DNA of 28,819 nucleotides from Escherichia coli (GTDB lineage Bacteria; Pseudomonadota; Gammaproteobacteria; Enterobacterales; Enterobacteriaceae): NCBI RefSeq assembly GCF_003334315.1, contig NZ_QOWR01000060.1; one strand, 5' to 3'. Shown piece by piece: positions 28,367 to 28,819 of this stretch (position 1 is its first letter; each line of letters starts with the position of its first letter). The notes under the pieces were generated by a model. It saw only the letters and a program-made list of their open reading frames with translations, ran no database searches and was not told where the DNA came from. The position numbers and the translations under genes were made by a program.

Positions 28367-28819
28367 GGTAATGACTCCAACTTATTGATAGTGTTTTATG
28401 TTCAGATAATGCCCGATGACTTTGTCATGCAGCTCCACCGATTTTGAGAACGACAGCGACTTCCGTCCCAGCCGTGCCAGGTGCTGCCTCAGATTCAGGT
28501 TATGCCGCTCAATTCGCTGCGTATATCGCTTGCTGATTACGTGCAGCTTTCCCTTCAGGCGGGATTCATACAGCGGCCAGCCATCCGTCATCCATATCAC
28601 CACGTCAAAGGGTGACAGCAGGCTCATAAGACGCCCCAGCGTCGCCATAGTGCGTTCACCGAATACGTGCGCAACAACCGTCTTCCGGAGACTGTCATAC
28701 GCGTAAAACAGCCAGCGCTGGCGCGATTTAGCCCCGACATAGCCCCACTGTTCGTCCATTTCCGCGCAGACGATGACGTCACTGCCCGGCTGTATGCGCG
28801 AGGTTACCGACTGCGGCCT
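28367..28819 (-). mobile_element. IS1: IS1 insertion sequence, right (IRR-proximal) portion containing insB
   Basis: IRR at 28367..28389 (GGTAATGACTCCAACTTATTGAT); InsB ORF; 28754..28819 is identical to 1..66, so the two window ends join into one complete 768-bp IS1. Confidence 0.95.
28382..28759 (-). CDS. insB: IS1 InsB (catalytic part of the InsAB' transposase, made by a -1 frameshift)
   Basis: [47 protein letters not shown]...[15 protein letters not shown] matches IS1 InsB. Confidence 0.95.
   Translation of the reverse strand: MDEQWGYVGAKSRQRWLFYAYDSLRKTVVAHVFGERTMATLGRLMSLLSPFDVVIWMTDGWPLYESRLKGKLHVISKRYTQRIERHNLNLRQHLARLGRKSLSFSKSVELHDKVIGHYLNIKHYQ

Overview
This window is an Escherichia coli chromosomal segment, read in reverse orientation relative to the K-12 map (about 98-99 min), and it carries the hpa aromatic-catabolism island that K-12 lacks. 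Gene order on the + strand: IS1 (5' part) | yjjQ' (truncated by IS1) | yjjP-yjjB | dnaT-dnaC | yjjA | opgB | lgoD(-) | lgoR | lgoT | tsr(-) | hpaR(-) hpaG-E-D-F-H-I hpaX hpaA hpaB-C | btsT (yjiY) | yjiX | yjiA | a short AT-rich segment with two unrecognised minus-strand ORFs | IS1 (3' part). The first 66 bp of the window are identical to the last 66 bp, and the two terminal IS1 fragments add up to exactly one 768-bp IS1. The ~28.7 kb unit is therefore either bounded by two directly repeated IS1 copies or comes from a circular or tandemly amplified molecule. Most genes are well-known housekeeping, chemotaxis or catabolic genes, and I do not see a complete novel multi-gene system. The most unusual content is the IS1-bounded architecture, the IS1 disruption of yjjQ, and the AT-rich two-ORF module beside yjiA where K-12 carries mrr. 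All gene identities and reference lengths are recalled from memory of E. coli proteins; no database search was run.
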